A stretch of DNA of 64,000 nucleotides from Epithemia pelagica (Eukaryota; Protista; Bacillariophyta): positions 744,001 to 808,000 of the forward strand of contig OX337232.1 of assembly GCA_946965045.2 (NCBI GenBank), written 5' to 3'. Made by a program: the position numbers and the translations under genes. Of the stretch, positions 11,101-22,291 are shown in pieces. Numbering within the stretch: the first letter of the stretch is position 1; each line of letters opens with the position of its first letter. The notes beneath the pieces were generated by a model. It did no database searches. It saw only the letters and a list, made by a program, of their open reading frames with translations, and was not told the origin of the DNA.

Positions 11101-11956
11101 TTTTGAGATTCTGTTTGCCTGGACAGCCGTTTGTGTCTGGGATGGAAACCAATTCCTGGCATATATTGACATTGTGTTGTGCATTGTTTGTATCCCAGCA
11201 AATGTGTCGTGGTACAATGAATACGACCGGAACAATCGCCTTGGTGCAACGTCTACCACGTTGTTAGCACTCTTGCTGGGATACATGACGGCTCGTCTCT
11301 GGGTCAAGGCAGTGGGACGTCGTCACACCTCCTGGCGTCATGGATCGGGCGAATCGTGTGCCGGGACCTTGGAACGCATGGAGATTGTATGGGTCGCGCG
11401 GTCCGCCCCTCTAGTGGCCAAGATTTTGCCCGACATTGATCAACTCTGGAACGAGGTTGTCAAAAAGTGGGGACTCAAGGATGCCTTGCATGTATGCCGC
11501 GTCTCCGTCTACTGTACCGACAAGAACCGATTCGCGGTCGGAGCCTTGCGATCCGAAATCTCCAAAACGTCTCTGTACAAACATGGGTTTGTGCACTTTG
11601 CTCGACCTGATTTCGAGGAGGTTATCCAAAATCACACCTTGGAGCTGATTGACTTGAGCAACAGTCGGTCCTCCAGTTCGTTGCTGGCCTTTTGTGGATC
11701 CCCCATCTTGGCGCGAACGCTGCATAGATTCAAGTTGTCGAACGACATGATGAAGGCAATTGTTGGTCACAAGGAACATCAGATGGACTTTGTCAGTGAG
11801 AGCTATTGTGGTGTGAGATCGTCGTCGGCCAAGGGATCCACAACAACCATCCACAATCTCGATTTTCTCAACGCGGACAAGGCAAAACTCAAGCCCAAGG
11901 GTGCTTACTCCGTGGGTCAATCGAGCCGCCGCGTCATTACCTATGATCGCCGATAA
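8130..11956 (+). CDS. NADPH oxidase / ferric reductase-like flavocytochrome (5 exons: 8130-9263, 9506-9700, 9843-10383, 10507-10952, 11033-11956)
   Basis: Heme-ligating His pairs (RIHIHLGY; IHHAVF...ILHTLD), FAD motif HWHPFSIAS, MGPYG, NADPH motif IGAGTG/IVP, late WVARS and AFCGSP motifs. GT-AG introns join the ORF pieces in frame. Confidence 0.88.
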
Positions 11957-12043
11957 GGGTGCTTCGAATCCCCTTCGTTTCAAGAGGAAGCACATGACCA
12001 ATGATGGACTTGAAAACGATTACGCCATCCTTAAACTATGCTC

Positions 12044-12234
12044 CATATCGCTCTCATTCCATTGTGTCAACCTCATCCCTCCTGGGAGCTGTTTAGTTCA
12101 TAATTAGTGTTGTTTTGAACGGGTAGTACTCTTTAAACATATCACTTTCGTTCCATTATGTCAACCTCATCCCTGCTGAGAGCTGTTTAGTGCATAATTA
12201 CTATTGTTTTGAACGGGTTGTACTCTTTAAACAT
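12044..12234. repeat. Two-copy 94-bp tandem duplication between convergent 3' ends
   Basis: catatc...ttccatt(g/a)tgtcaacctcatccct...gagctgtttagt...ttgttttgaacgggt(a/t)gtactctttaaacat occurs at 12044 and 12138. Confidence 0.9.
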
Positions 12235-12278
12235 GGTGTTAGTTAGGAATTCTCTGGTTTACTACTTTACGATTCTTT

Positions 12279-15200
12279 CTATCTGAAACCTCCAGGAGGA
12301 GGGGGTGGTGGCATTCCGACGCCTTGAGGCGGTGGTGGCGGCATAGCACCCCGAGGAGGAGGTGGCATAGCACCCTGAGGCGGAGGTGGTGGCATACCGC
12401 CGCCCTGGGGAGGAGGTGGTGGCATGGCTCCATGAGGTGGCGGGGGAGCCGTTTGACCAAAGGACGGCCGATGTGCCGACGGAACACCACCCATGGGTGG
12501 TGGTGGCCCTGCACCCGGAGGTGGTGGACCAGGAGGTCCTGACATGCTAGGAGGTGGAGGTCCCATTGTGGACGGAGGCGGTGGTGCTCCATATCCACTG
12601 GGAGGACCAGGCGGTCCACCAGAAGGACCGCCCGCAAAGGTTGGTGGAGGAGGGCCACCAGGAGGTCCAGGAGGTCCAGGTGGGGGAGGACCTCTCATTC
12701 CTCCCGGGGGTCCAGGAGGTGGCTGCACATTCATGGGTGGTGGAGGGCCACCAGGAACACCGGGGGGAGGGGGGCGCATTCCTCCCATACCTGTCGGAGG
12801 ACGCATGGGTTGACCGGGGGCACCAGGAGGAGCCGGTGGACCAGGCGGTGCCATGCCACCAGGAGGACCGGGAGGGGGCATACCACCCTTGGCCCGTGGC
12901 GCTCCACCGGGTCCTGGTGGTCCGGCCCCCGCCGAGGCATTGGGATTGTTCACAAACTTCATAAATTCCGCGTAACTGTGTGTGCCACCTTGGAAGGAAG
13001 CTCGATCTTCCACCATGAACCAATAGAATCGTGCTTCGGCCGCACCGTCACCCTCTCGAATAACATGAATCTTGGGAGAGGCTTGTCCGGTATACTTGGT
13101 CTCGTGCAAGGCCGACACAATGGATCCCACACGGCTGGCAAAGTCATCGCCGGACAATTGGACCTGTACCTGGGAGGGATCCACGTCGTCGAGGGAATGG
13201 ACCCCAAACAAGGCACTGAGCATGTTCAAATCGGCCCCACTGCCCACATACAAAAACATTTCCACGCCCGTATCCAACAAAAAGATTCCATTGCTCGATA
13301 ACCGTTCCACGCTCAAGTTCACGGCGGGTGGAAGTTGGATCTTGTTCTGTCCGGCCACGGTTTCTGGGTCAATCTCTTGACCATTGGTGGTAGCGGGGTG
13401 TCCGGCCTGTGGTCCCATTTCATGCAAGGCAAACATGCGAGGATAAATAAAGTGTTTCATGTCCGTGACAAAAAGTTCATTCAACAAATAATAGGCCTGT
13501 ACACGTTGATCGGGATGAACGTCGGTACCTCCTCGAAAGGCCACATTTTTCATGGTAGCCAAGGTATACAAGGGCAACAACTTGAGGTTGTCCGGAATGG
13601 GTTTTTCTTCGGGACCCTCACCTCCTCCTCCTGCTTGGGGCGGAACCGTGTATCCCGACACGGTCCGCTTATCTCCTCCCTTGGCGGCCCGAATAATCTC
13701 CACGCAGACTTGTTGCAATCGCATTCGAGCATTGTCGAGACCGGATTTGAGCGCCACTTCAATGGCTTGTTTGGCCAACAAGGACGTACAGGCATCGGCA
13801 TTGACCGAGGCCATGACTTCCGACATGAGAGCCGATACGGGCAAAGCTTGTGTCATGACCCGGATGCGTCGTTCTCCTTCGCTGCTCGTGTACAACAAGG
13901 CGGCCTGAATGGTCACATGAGACGAGGCAATATTGGGATCGTCATAGGCCAAATCAAACCCAAAGACGGATTCGGAATTGCAATTGGGCAAGGCCATGAG
14001 ATCTGTCCCACGAATAAAGAAATTACCATAAAAGTTGGTAATCCGCATGCCCTTGGTACAACGGATTCGCATGACACTTTCGAAACAGGTCTTCTGCGTC
14101 AAAATGGACTTGAGCTGCGCTTCAAACCGAGGTCCGTCTTGATCCTTGCGGAACATGGGGTAGGAATGCATGGACCCCGCCGTATACTTGGCCAAATCGC
14201 CCAGGGCGGCCAAATCCATGTATTGGTAGGGGAACAAGAACAAATCGACACTAATTTGTTGACGACTGAATTCAATCGCCGTATCCTTGTACCAGCTAAA
14301 GCCCACTTCGGGTTTGAGCAAGGTAACTTCCTTGGGTGTGCCCATAATGGCCGGTTGTTCGCGGGGTTTGAGGGCGCCATCGCCCAAATTGGGTGGCGTG
14401 GATTGAAAGACACACATTTTGCCACCAATCGCCTTGACGACGGTAAAGGCCGCCTTGAGGGCGGGTCCCAAACAGGATCGACCCTCCACCGGTCGTTTGG
14501 CAAACATTTCCGGCAAATTGTCCAAAAAGGCTTCGACAATGTCTCGAGACTCGTGCAGGTTGACCAGCAAATTTTCCGGCAAGGGAACAAACAATTCCTT
14601 GAGATCCGAAACCACCAGCATTTGCGGATTGGCCAAATCGGAATCCAAATTGTAATAGTGCACGGCAGTGTCAAAGGTAATGAAACCAATTTTGGTGCGA
14701 TTCCGCCCCGGCAAGGTATCCAAACTCGCCTTGATGGCCGCCGAGACGGAATGAAGCAAGCCACTTTGGACGGCCAAGGCACTCACGTCAATGACAAAAA
14801 AGTAGCAGGGTTCTTGGGGAGGTCGGACCATGTATTCGGCGGGGGCAATAAATTCCACCACACCGCGACTCAATTCGGGTCGATCAAAGCGATCTTGTCG
14901 CAATCCCATATCGTCCAAATGACAAAAGTAGGCCGAAGGACAATCGTTCATTTGGGCACAAATATTACACCGCCAACGTCGACCGTGATCGGACCAGGTG
15001 ACAAAGGCATTGATATAGGTCCGACACCGTTTGCATCGAATAATGCCGGCCGTTCCGGGTTGGACCGTGGGAATGGCATCGTCCGCCGCCGCTTCTTCGG
15101 ATTCCGGTGCCAGGGGACGCAAGACGGCACCAAAGGGAACCTTGGACAAGGCGGCCAGGGAAGACGTTTGAGGCAAAAGTGCCGCAGTCAAGCGAAAGAG

Positions 15201-16280
15201 TCGTTCCGGAACTTTGATACCAAAATCAATATTGTCATTGACCAAGGGAGGGGCAGCCGCCGCCGCCGCCGGTGCCGCACCACCGGGAGGTGCCGGACCT
15301 CCCGGAACGGCCGGAGATGCCGCCTGGTAAAAATTGGCTCCCCCCGGTGGCGGTGGTGCCGCGGCGCCACGCGGAGGAGGAGGTCCGCCCATGGCAGGTC
15401 CTCCCGGTGGTGGAGGAGGTCCGCCCACACCCGGAGCTTGTGGTTGAAAAATCGTGGGACCTCCTCCGGGAGCCATCATCCTGGGAGCCGCAGGAGGTGC
15501 TCCCGGTGCACCCGGAAAGGCGGACGGCGGCTTGGGTGCTTGTGGAGGAGGGACCATTCCTCCCGGAACAGGTGGTTTGGGAGCTCCAAAGCCGACACCT
15601 GGAGCAGGAGGTGGGGGCATGCCACCCGGTCTATATACAGAGACAAACAAATAGATTAACGAGGACAAGGTGAGACGTTCCTACACCTCCATGATAGCAC
15701 AGAACAGGTATTAGCATCTCCAAACGAGAGGCATGTAGCTCTCTTGTTTGACATTTCAACCATCCGACACGTTTCGCAGTCAAAGTACTCCAAACTCAAT
15801 CCTTTGCCAACAAACAAGGACACCCTAGTGCAACAATGGCCTTTATTGGCATGATGGAATGTACAAATCGTCTGGACCCAACACCACAGACTGGAAAACA
15901 CAAACATAAACGGCCGACACACGAGCATCATCCATGACTTACCCTGGAGGAGGTCGAAACGATCCACCCGGTGGTCCCAATGGCTGTTGTTGCTGTGGTG
16001 GTGCTGGTGGACCACCACCCATGGAAAGAGTGTTCATGCCCGCCGTCAAGGGAGTCATTCCACCCGCACCAGGTGGGGGTGGGGCACCACCCATTCGATT
16101 CGGAGGAGGAGGGGCAAAATTCGTTCCCGGAGGAGGAGGAGGCGCCGCAAAGTTGGTGCCGGCAGCCGGTTGAAACGGTGGTGGTGGATTGGCGGCACCC
16201 GGTGGAGGTGGAAACCGTGGTTGGTTGGGTGGTGGTGCTTGGAAGTTGGGATTGGGAGGAGGCGGAGGAAAGCCCGACAT
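12279..16280 (-). CDS. SEC24: COPII coat protein Sec24 (exons 16280-15943 and 15630-12279)
   Basis: Zinc finger IRCKRCRTYIN...WRCNIC, trunk FFVIDVS...IGFITFD, beta-sandwich FESVMRIRC, RRIRV, gelsolin-like domain. Pro-rich N-terminus joined via a gtaagt...tatag intron. Confidence 0.95.
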
Positions 16281-17131
16281 GGTTTCTTCTTGTTCCGACG
16301 CAGGTTGGTTTGCCTTGATTCTATGAGTGCAGGACCAGAGCCTCTTTTTGTCTCGTTCACGACAGGACACAATATAGAAAAGAGACCAAGAACCCAACAG
16401 ACGAGAATCGTTCAACACCCCAATATCTTGCAGGTTTTTTATTAGTTTTGGTCGGTGCGCTGTTGGTTTTGTTGGCGTCTTTTGGTCATTGCAGCATTGA
16501 AGGAGTTTTCGCTTGCTTTCCTACATTTTAGCCTAGAATCCTACAGAACACGCTACAGTCACACCCTTCTGTAATGTCGTCACACAACGCCGGCCGCGCA
16601 CCACTTTTCTTCGCCGACAACAACTGACAGAAAACTTGAAGTAATAGAAAGCATTTGTCCGTCTAAAAGCTAGGGCAAAGTTGAGCCAAACTACCTATAA
16701 TACTATGAGTATCACGTGATTTTGAATCCTGCACCCAATTCCTCCACCATGGTCACCTATACATCCAAAAACGCAGCGGCAAATTACGACCAACAATCTA
16801 TGAATCCGGCCTACCAACAATGTCGTTCGAATGGATCACTCACGGACCGTACTCCCTGACCATGGATACAGACAGATTTGCTCGAGCACTTTCACCACAA
16901 TGATTGTGTCTTGGCAGACCAAACACAAGGGCCACACTCAAAGAGGCATCTTACCCAAAAGGACAAATCGTCCTTATTTTCCAACAAGAATGGCCCAGTC
17001 CTCGATCAAGTAGTGCTTGGGTTTGTCCCAACCCCAGACATGAGAGGAGATGAAGGTAGCAGTATGTGCCTCGTGGAACGGGTTCCCCAACATCCCCCGT
17101 GTGGCGCGTCTGGTGGCGGTCGTGTGGCATA

Positions 17132-19714
17132 TCATTGCGTGTCTCCCGCATCGGCCTGCGCCGGCCCGGGGGCATTGCGTCCCTCTTCCACCAAAGTGGT
17201 TGGTGGTGTACCATCCCCATGGTCCGTCGTCGGTTCCAGTGCTCCAGCAGCAAGTGCGTCCCGGTCGAGTGCTTCTTCGTCGTCGCGAGTCGGAACCGCT
17301 TGTCGTCGTTCGGCTGCCGCCGCAGGATCCTCCATGGAGGCCGGAATGTGCACAAAGGCGAGGGTCATGCCAAAGGCCAGGGCCCCCAAAACGGCACAGA
17401 CTTTGAGGACAGTCGCATCGCCCCAGCGTCGTGCGGCGGGGGCAAAAAGGGTGGCCCCACACAGGGCACCCACTTTGCCCGCGGCGGCACTAAAGCCATT
17501 CCACGTCGATCGACATTCGGGCGAATACACCAGGGCCGGCAAGACAAAGGTGGTGGTGTTGGGACCGTAATTGGCAAAGAAAAAGGTCAAGCCGTACAAG
17601 ACAATCAATGTCCCTGGACTGTATCGACGCAATTCACCCCAATACCAACCCAAAATCAAATACAAGAGAGACATGCACCCAAACCCTTGCAACATGACAT
17701 AACGGACGGATTGTCGGACACGACACACGCGTCGTCCAATCAAGAGACCCGCGACAATGTACCCCGGCAAGGCAATGCTGGCCAAGAGAAGGGAATCCAA
17801 GGCGGTTCGTTGCAATTCGCGTCGGGCATAGTCATTGGGGGTGGTCGTCGACAATTGCATCATCATTATGCCATGATTCTTGGCGGGTCCAAAGGTGGCT
17901 TCCACCACAATGGCTTGAAACAAGGTATTGCCATAAAACAAAACATCAAAGAGGAACCAGGTCGCGGCGGTACCCAAGAGTTTGCGACACAAGTCTGGTT
18001 CCGACACAATGGAGGCCCACCATCCATATCGAATCACGGGAGGTTCCGAGGCACCATAACAGCCATCGCCACTGCTCAAATCCGGTGCCGAATCCAAAAA
18101 GGTTCCCACTTCGCCGTCCGAATCTTCTCCTCCTCCCGCCAGGACGGCGGAATCTCCACCGTGACCACCGGCAAACAAGACGGAACCACGCGGTGGACTC
18201 TGATTCGAATGGATGATGGTGCTCTGTGACGCATTCCGCTCCGGGGTCATGGACATACCATCGGCATGACAATGTCGCAACCCTCCATTCTCCACGAATT
18301 GACTCGTAGTGTTTTCCTGGTTGTCATTTCCCAGACACTCTTGTGCTTCAAATGTCACTTCTTCTTCTTCGTTGTCGTCATCGTCTTGGGTCGGCACGAC
18401 CAATCTCGTTTGCGGGGAGCGATACAACCAATGCCATTGCATCCACAACATGCCCAATCCCGGCACGGCCCCCAAGGCCAAGACAATCCGCCAGGTATAG
18501 GCAAGTGGAATGGCGCGTATCGACAAGAGGGGCAAGGTGACGGCTGGCACCATCCAAAAGCCAGCTCCTTGCAAGGAAAAGGTTCGAACAACCCGTTTCA
18601 AGGCTGCCTTGACATGATTGCCACCCGACGACCGACATCCGGCTTGTTCGACCGACAAACAAGCCGCCAAGGGATAGACGGCTCCAGCCCCAATGCCCAA
18701 GAGAAACCGCCAGAGTGACAATTTCCAATAAAAGTGATCCAACTCGGCCGCCGTATCGGTCGTCGTTGTCGTTGTCGTGGGAAAGGAGACGCTGGCACTG
18801 GCCAAGCTGGCAACAATTTGCACCATCATGACGACTCTTAAGGCACCGGCCAATCCACCCATCCACGCGGCATCGCCCAAGGCACCACCCACCACTTGAC
18901 CGACAATCATACCCGCCAATAAACTAGACGCCACAATCGACGTATCTTCGGTACTGACATCCTCCAAGTTGGTCGTCACGCCCGTACTCAAACTGGAATT
19001 CTTCAAAGTGGAAACGGTTTCAATCGTTTGCAATTGTTCCAAAATGGGCAACACCAAGGAAATGTTGACCACATTGTACGAAGTACAAAAATTGGAAATC
19101 ATGGCCATGCGTTGATAGGGATTCTTGTACCATGGAACATGATGATGATGGTGATGATGTTGCTGCTGCTGCTGTTCGTCGTCTTCATCGAGAGAGGAAC
19201 CAACGTCGTCGTTGTCGCACGAGGCACAAAAAATGTGTCGACCCTGTGGCTCCGATTCGTCTCCTCTGCTACGTTCCGTGGGACCAAGCATGTCGTCGTC
19301 GTGGGCGTCGTCCTTGGGAGGATGAGACCGTCTCCTGTGAGTGTCGTTTTCGCCTTTCACTTGTTGTTGCAATGGTCCTTCTCGTGTCGTCCCGACCTCG
19401 TCGGTGGTGGTGGTGGTGGTGGGAGATGTGAGCAAGAGTGGTTCCGTGAGGGGATCGTTGTGAGCGGCGGGAAACAACAGCAAGTGACGACGACTCCGAC
19501 GGCGACTACTACTAGTACTGGGTGGATTCGGATGGGATTCGGTTCGTCGAATGGTGGATTCCAACGACACGGGTAGTCGAGTTCCGGGCGACGTTGTGGT
19601 TGGTGTGGTGGTTGTGGAGGGGGATAAGGTCGTGGAAGGGGAATGCGGAATGTGATGCGTCGACGTGGTGCTGGCTCCAGGATCAATCATGGACGATAAT
19701 GGTTGCTCTACCAC
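17132..19714 (-). CDS. MFS transporter, PHO84/PHT1-like phosphate:H+ symporter family
   Basis: GQVVGGALGD, RFLLGIGAGAVYPLAA, FSLQG, WRIVLALGAVP, WFLFDVLFYG, YGLTFFFANYGPNTTTFVLPA, RSTWNGFSAAAGKVGA. Confidence 0.85.
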   Translation of the reverse strand: MVEQPLSSMIDPGASTTSTHHIPHSPSTTLSPSTTTTPTTTSPGTRLPVSLESTIRRTESHPNPPSTSSSRRRSRRHLLLFPAAHNDPLTEPLLLTSPTTTTTTDEVGTTREGPLQQQVKGENDTHRRRSHPPKDDAHDDDMLGPTERSRGDESEPQGRHIFCASCDNDDVGSSLDEDDEQQQQQHHHHHHHVPWYKNPYQRMAMISNFCTSYNVVNISLVLPILEQLQTIETVSTLKNSSLSTGVTTNLEDVSTEDTSIVASSLLAGMIVGQVVGGALGDAAWMGGLAGALRVVMMVQIVASLASASVSFPTTTTTTTDTAAELDHFYWKLSLWRFLLGIGAGAVYPLAACLSVEQAGCRSSGGNHVKAALKRVVRTFSLQGAGFWMVPAVTLPLLSIRAIPLAYTWRIVLALGAVPGLGMLWMQWHWLYRSPQTRLVVPTQDDDDNEEEEVTFEAQECLGNDNQENTTSQFVENGGLRHCHADGMSMTPERNASQSTIIHSNQSPPRGSVLFAGGHGGDSAVLAGGGEDSDGEVGTFLDSAPDLSSGDGCYGASEPPVIRYGWWASIVSEPDLCRKLLGTAATWFLFDVLFYGNTLFQAIVVEATFGPAKNHGIMMMQLSTTTPNDYARRELQRTALDSLLLASIALPGYIVAGLLIGRRVCRVRQSVRYVMLQGFGCMSLLYLILGWYWGELRRYSPGTLIVLYGLTFFFANYGPNTTTFVLPALVYSPECRSTWNGFSAAAGKVGALCGATLFAPAARRWGDATVLKVCAVLGALAFGMTLAFVHIPASMEDPAAAAERRQAVPTRDDEEALDRDALAAGALEPTTDHGDGTPPTTLVEEGRNAPGPAQADAGDTQ

Positions 19715-20017
19715 ACACAGTTACTCGCCGTCTCGTTTCCATAGGATATGATGGAAGGAGAGATGATTCGCTCTCGTTTGACGTCGAAAACCAAAGGCTT
19801 CGTTTCGTCTTGTGTCGTTGAGAAGAAACAAGAAGGCCATTGTGAAACCCGACGCTGGAAAAAGCGGGATAGCGCGGGATTTCGTTGAATGTCGGTTTAC
19901 TGTCAGTATTCAAGAAGAAAGGATTAATGAACTATCAAATGTCAATGTCTGTCAAATGACAGTCAGCGGTCCTCAGAAACGCACGCCCGATCATCCCCCC
20001 AAGTCCGGGCCCGACAC

Positions 20018-20043
20018 GAACACGACCGATCCGCGATACAAAA
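20018..20043 (+). repeat. 26-bp exact direct repeat; partner at 22146-22171
   Basis: gaacacgaccgatccgcgatacaaaa is present at both positions, followed by patchy similarity (gttctctcg...ctgtcct). Confidence 0.9.
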
Positions 20044-20185
20044 CTCGTCAGGGCAGTCGTTCGAGTAATTGGCCGTGGGGGACGGGTCCGGCCCGGCCGC
20101 GGTATGTGTACGCGTTCTCTGTTCTCTCGTCGCTGTCTCCTGTTGTGTCACGACTCTCTTTTGTGTTGTGCTGTGTCCTCTTCCA

Positions 20186-21559
20186 ATGATGAATATTGAA
20201 AAGCTTACACCAGAGCAGTTGATTGAGCGTCTGAAAAGAGCGGAGGCAGAGACGAAGAAGGCAAAGGCAGAGACGCAGGAGGCAAAGGCAGAGACGAAGA
20301 AGGCAAAGGCAGAGACGAAGAAGGCAAAGGCAGAGACGGAGGAGGCAAAGGCAGAGACGAAGAAGGCAAAGACAGAGACGAAGGAGGAAAAGGCTAGAGC
20401 TGATAAGGCCGAAGCGTTGAAAAATGGAACTTATTACGCAAGAATAATTGACGTTGTACAAGGTTCGGAAGAGGACATTCCAAAAGATTCCTTGAAGGTC
20501 GTTCGAAGAAAAGAAAGGTGTGATCGATTCTATAAGACGGCTATCGAAGCAGCAGAGGCGTCGCAAGTTCATCTCCGTCCTTCAATAAATGCATCACGAA
20601 CGTCAGGATACGACGAGGGTGAAGTAGATGAGGCAAGGCAACGCAAACGGATTTTACAAACCAAGGGACTTGATGGGACGCATCAGAAGGCAGCAGAAAT
20701 TGCTCATTTAGTCCCCCACAGCCCAAAATGCGCGTCCCTCTATGGAGAATTATTGGAGGCCATGGTCGGTGTAGACTTTGACGAGCCGAAGAAACAAAGA
20801 CTGCAAGTCCTGGTCCATGGACAGCTGGGTCCAGATGGTAAGGAGAAAAAAACTGGAATCAAGCACTGCAGCATGAACCTGATTCGTGTCATGCACCAGA
20901 AGACTTTTATGGACCAGCACCCCAGTCAAGTTCTCTTCCTACCGATATTGACCGTTGAGGAAGTATTGTGCTTTGGTACAAAAGGACATCCTGACTGTTA
21001 TTCAATCGCAGTTCTTTGTCAGTCGCCTGACGTTTACAAGGAGATGGTACTCACAGGCGAGTACGAAACCTGTACTCACAACCATCTAGAAGTTGCCGTG
21101 GAAACATTGCGAAGGTTTACGTTTGCCGTTGCCGAACATGCCAGGGACAATGTTAAAGAGGCTGACCTGAACTCGATAGTCTCGGAAAAGAGTGCGCTGC
21201 GTCCGGCACGTAATTTTCTTGAGGGGTCAAGGGTTGTGACTCCGAACCTTCGTCCGACCGGGGTCAATCCGCTGCATGTGTTGAAGTTGACACTCGCGAA
21301 CGATGGAAAGCGAGCAACCACCTGTGACCCTTGGTTGCTTTGCCTCAAGAGTGCAATTATGTTCTCCAGCTTCTCCGGACGTAAGCTCCTCCCTGGGTGC
21401 TTTGCGCCACCCTCCACATTATTCTCTTCGACGCACGATTCTTGGAATAGTTTCTCTCACGAAACCTGTGGTTTAGTTTCGAGCCGTGTACCCAGTGAAG
21501 TAAGTGCTCCCAGTCTAGCTGTTGACGCAACTTCGGAAATTAGCAGCTGTACATCCTAA
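20186..21559 (+). CDS. Coiled-coil header + HNH-like endonuclease protein
   Basis: ATG-ATG at 20186/20189. Heptad repeat (AKAETKK)n, then EIAHLVPHS...IKHCSMNLIRVMHQKTFMD, resembling the AHxxP...N-x-x-L...FD pattern of HNH_2-type nucleases. Last conserved His position appears as Q/K. Confidence 0.6.
   Translation: MMNIEKLTPEQLIERLKRAEAETKKAKAETQEAKAETKKAKAETKKAKAETEEAKAETKKAKTETKEEKARADKAEALKNGTYYARIIDVVQGSEEDIPKDSLKVVRRKERCDRFYKTAIEAAEASQVHLRPSINASRTSGYDEGEVDEARQRKRILQTKGLDGTHQKAAEIAHLVPHSPKCASLYGELLEAMVGVDFDEPKKQRLQVLVHGQLGPDGKEKKTGIKHCSMNLIRVMHQKTFMDQHPSQVLFLPILTVEEVLCFGTKGHPDCYSIAVLCQSPDVYKEMVLTGEYETCTHNHLEVAVETLRRFTFAVAEHARDNVKEADLNSIVSEKSALRPARNFLEGSRVVTPNLRPTGVNPLHVLKLTLANDGKRATTCDPWLLCLKSAIMFSSFSGRKLLPGCFAPPSTLFSSTHDSWNSFSHETCGLVSSRVPSEVSAPSLAVDATSEISSCTS
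20240..20390 (+). repeat. About 7 x 21-nt coding minisatellite (coiled-coil heptads)
   Basis: ggcaaaggcagagacgaagaa and variants in tandem, encoding AEAETKK/AKAETQE/AKAETKK/AKAETKK/AKAETEE/AKAETKK/AKTETKE. Confidence 0.92.
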
Positions 21560-22291
21560 TGGATTATGAAGAGAATTGAAACCAGTTGGATCATTGTACA
21601 AGGGTCCTGCACATGAGAAAGCTGATGGAAAATGAAGCCAGGATTGAAGAAGTGTTGAAAAAGCGTACAAAGCCGTTTCGAGCGTAGGAAAGGACCGCGG
21701 CATTGCTTAGCCAACACCGTAGAAAAGGGGTCTGGGCTGCTGGATTGCCGCAGCAACCGGATGGAAGTTACTCTACGAAAAGCAGATGATGGTTGTATTC
21801 CTGATACATGCGCAATGGCCATGAAACATTTCCCTTCCTACCATCGTAGGTAGAAAGATCAACATAGCTTGTAACCGAGGGATAAACTACCAGTTGTTCG
21901 ACTTATGAAAAACTATAGATGGCTAAAGTCCAGCCAACTCTCTTCTTACAGTACGAGTAGAGCATACTTGTAGACATGGACGCTCAAAGTGGATGGATAT
22001 TGGCTTTGGGATCTTGTTCATGCACAGAAAAGATGAATATGAGATACCTACCATACGCTAGGTAGGTGGTGGTTGTGTCCCAAAGTCGAGAAATCGAGGA
22101 TCGCGGTAACAGCCGTCATTCACGACCAGGACTCACCCTGTCGTAGAACACGACCGATCCGCGATACAAAAAGCTGCACGGGCATTTGCCTGCACGGTTC
22201 TCTCGCTTTTCCCATGTTGTCGACTTTTTGCGCTGTCCTTAGAACGAAGTCAAGAGACCTCTTCGAATTAGAGACCCGCAATTGTGAAACC

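Noticed and set aside
13335-15659. 774-aa plus-strand ORF
   Set aside because: It is the antisense shadow of Sec24, with no recognisable motifs. The same applies to many long antisense or alternative-frame ORFs over RadA, MFS, ABHD and the oxidoreductase.
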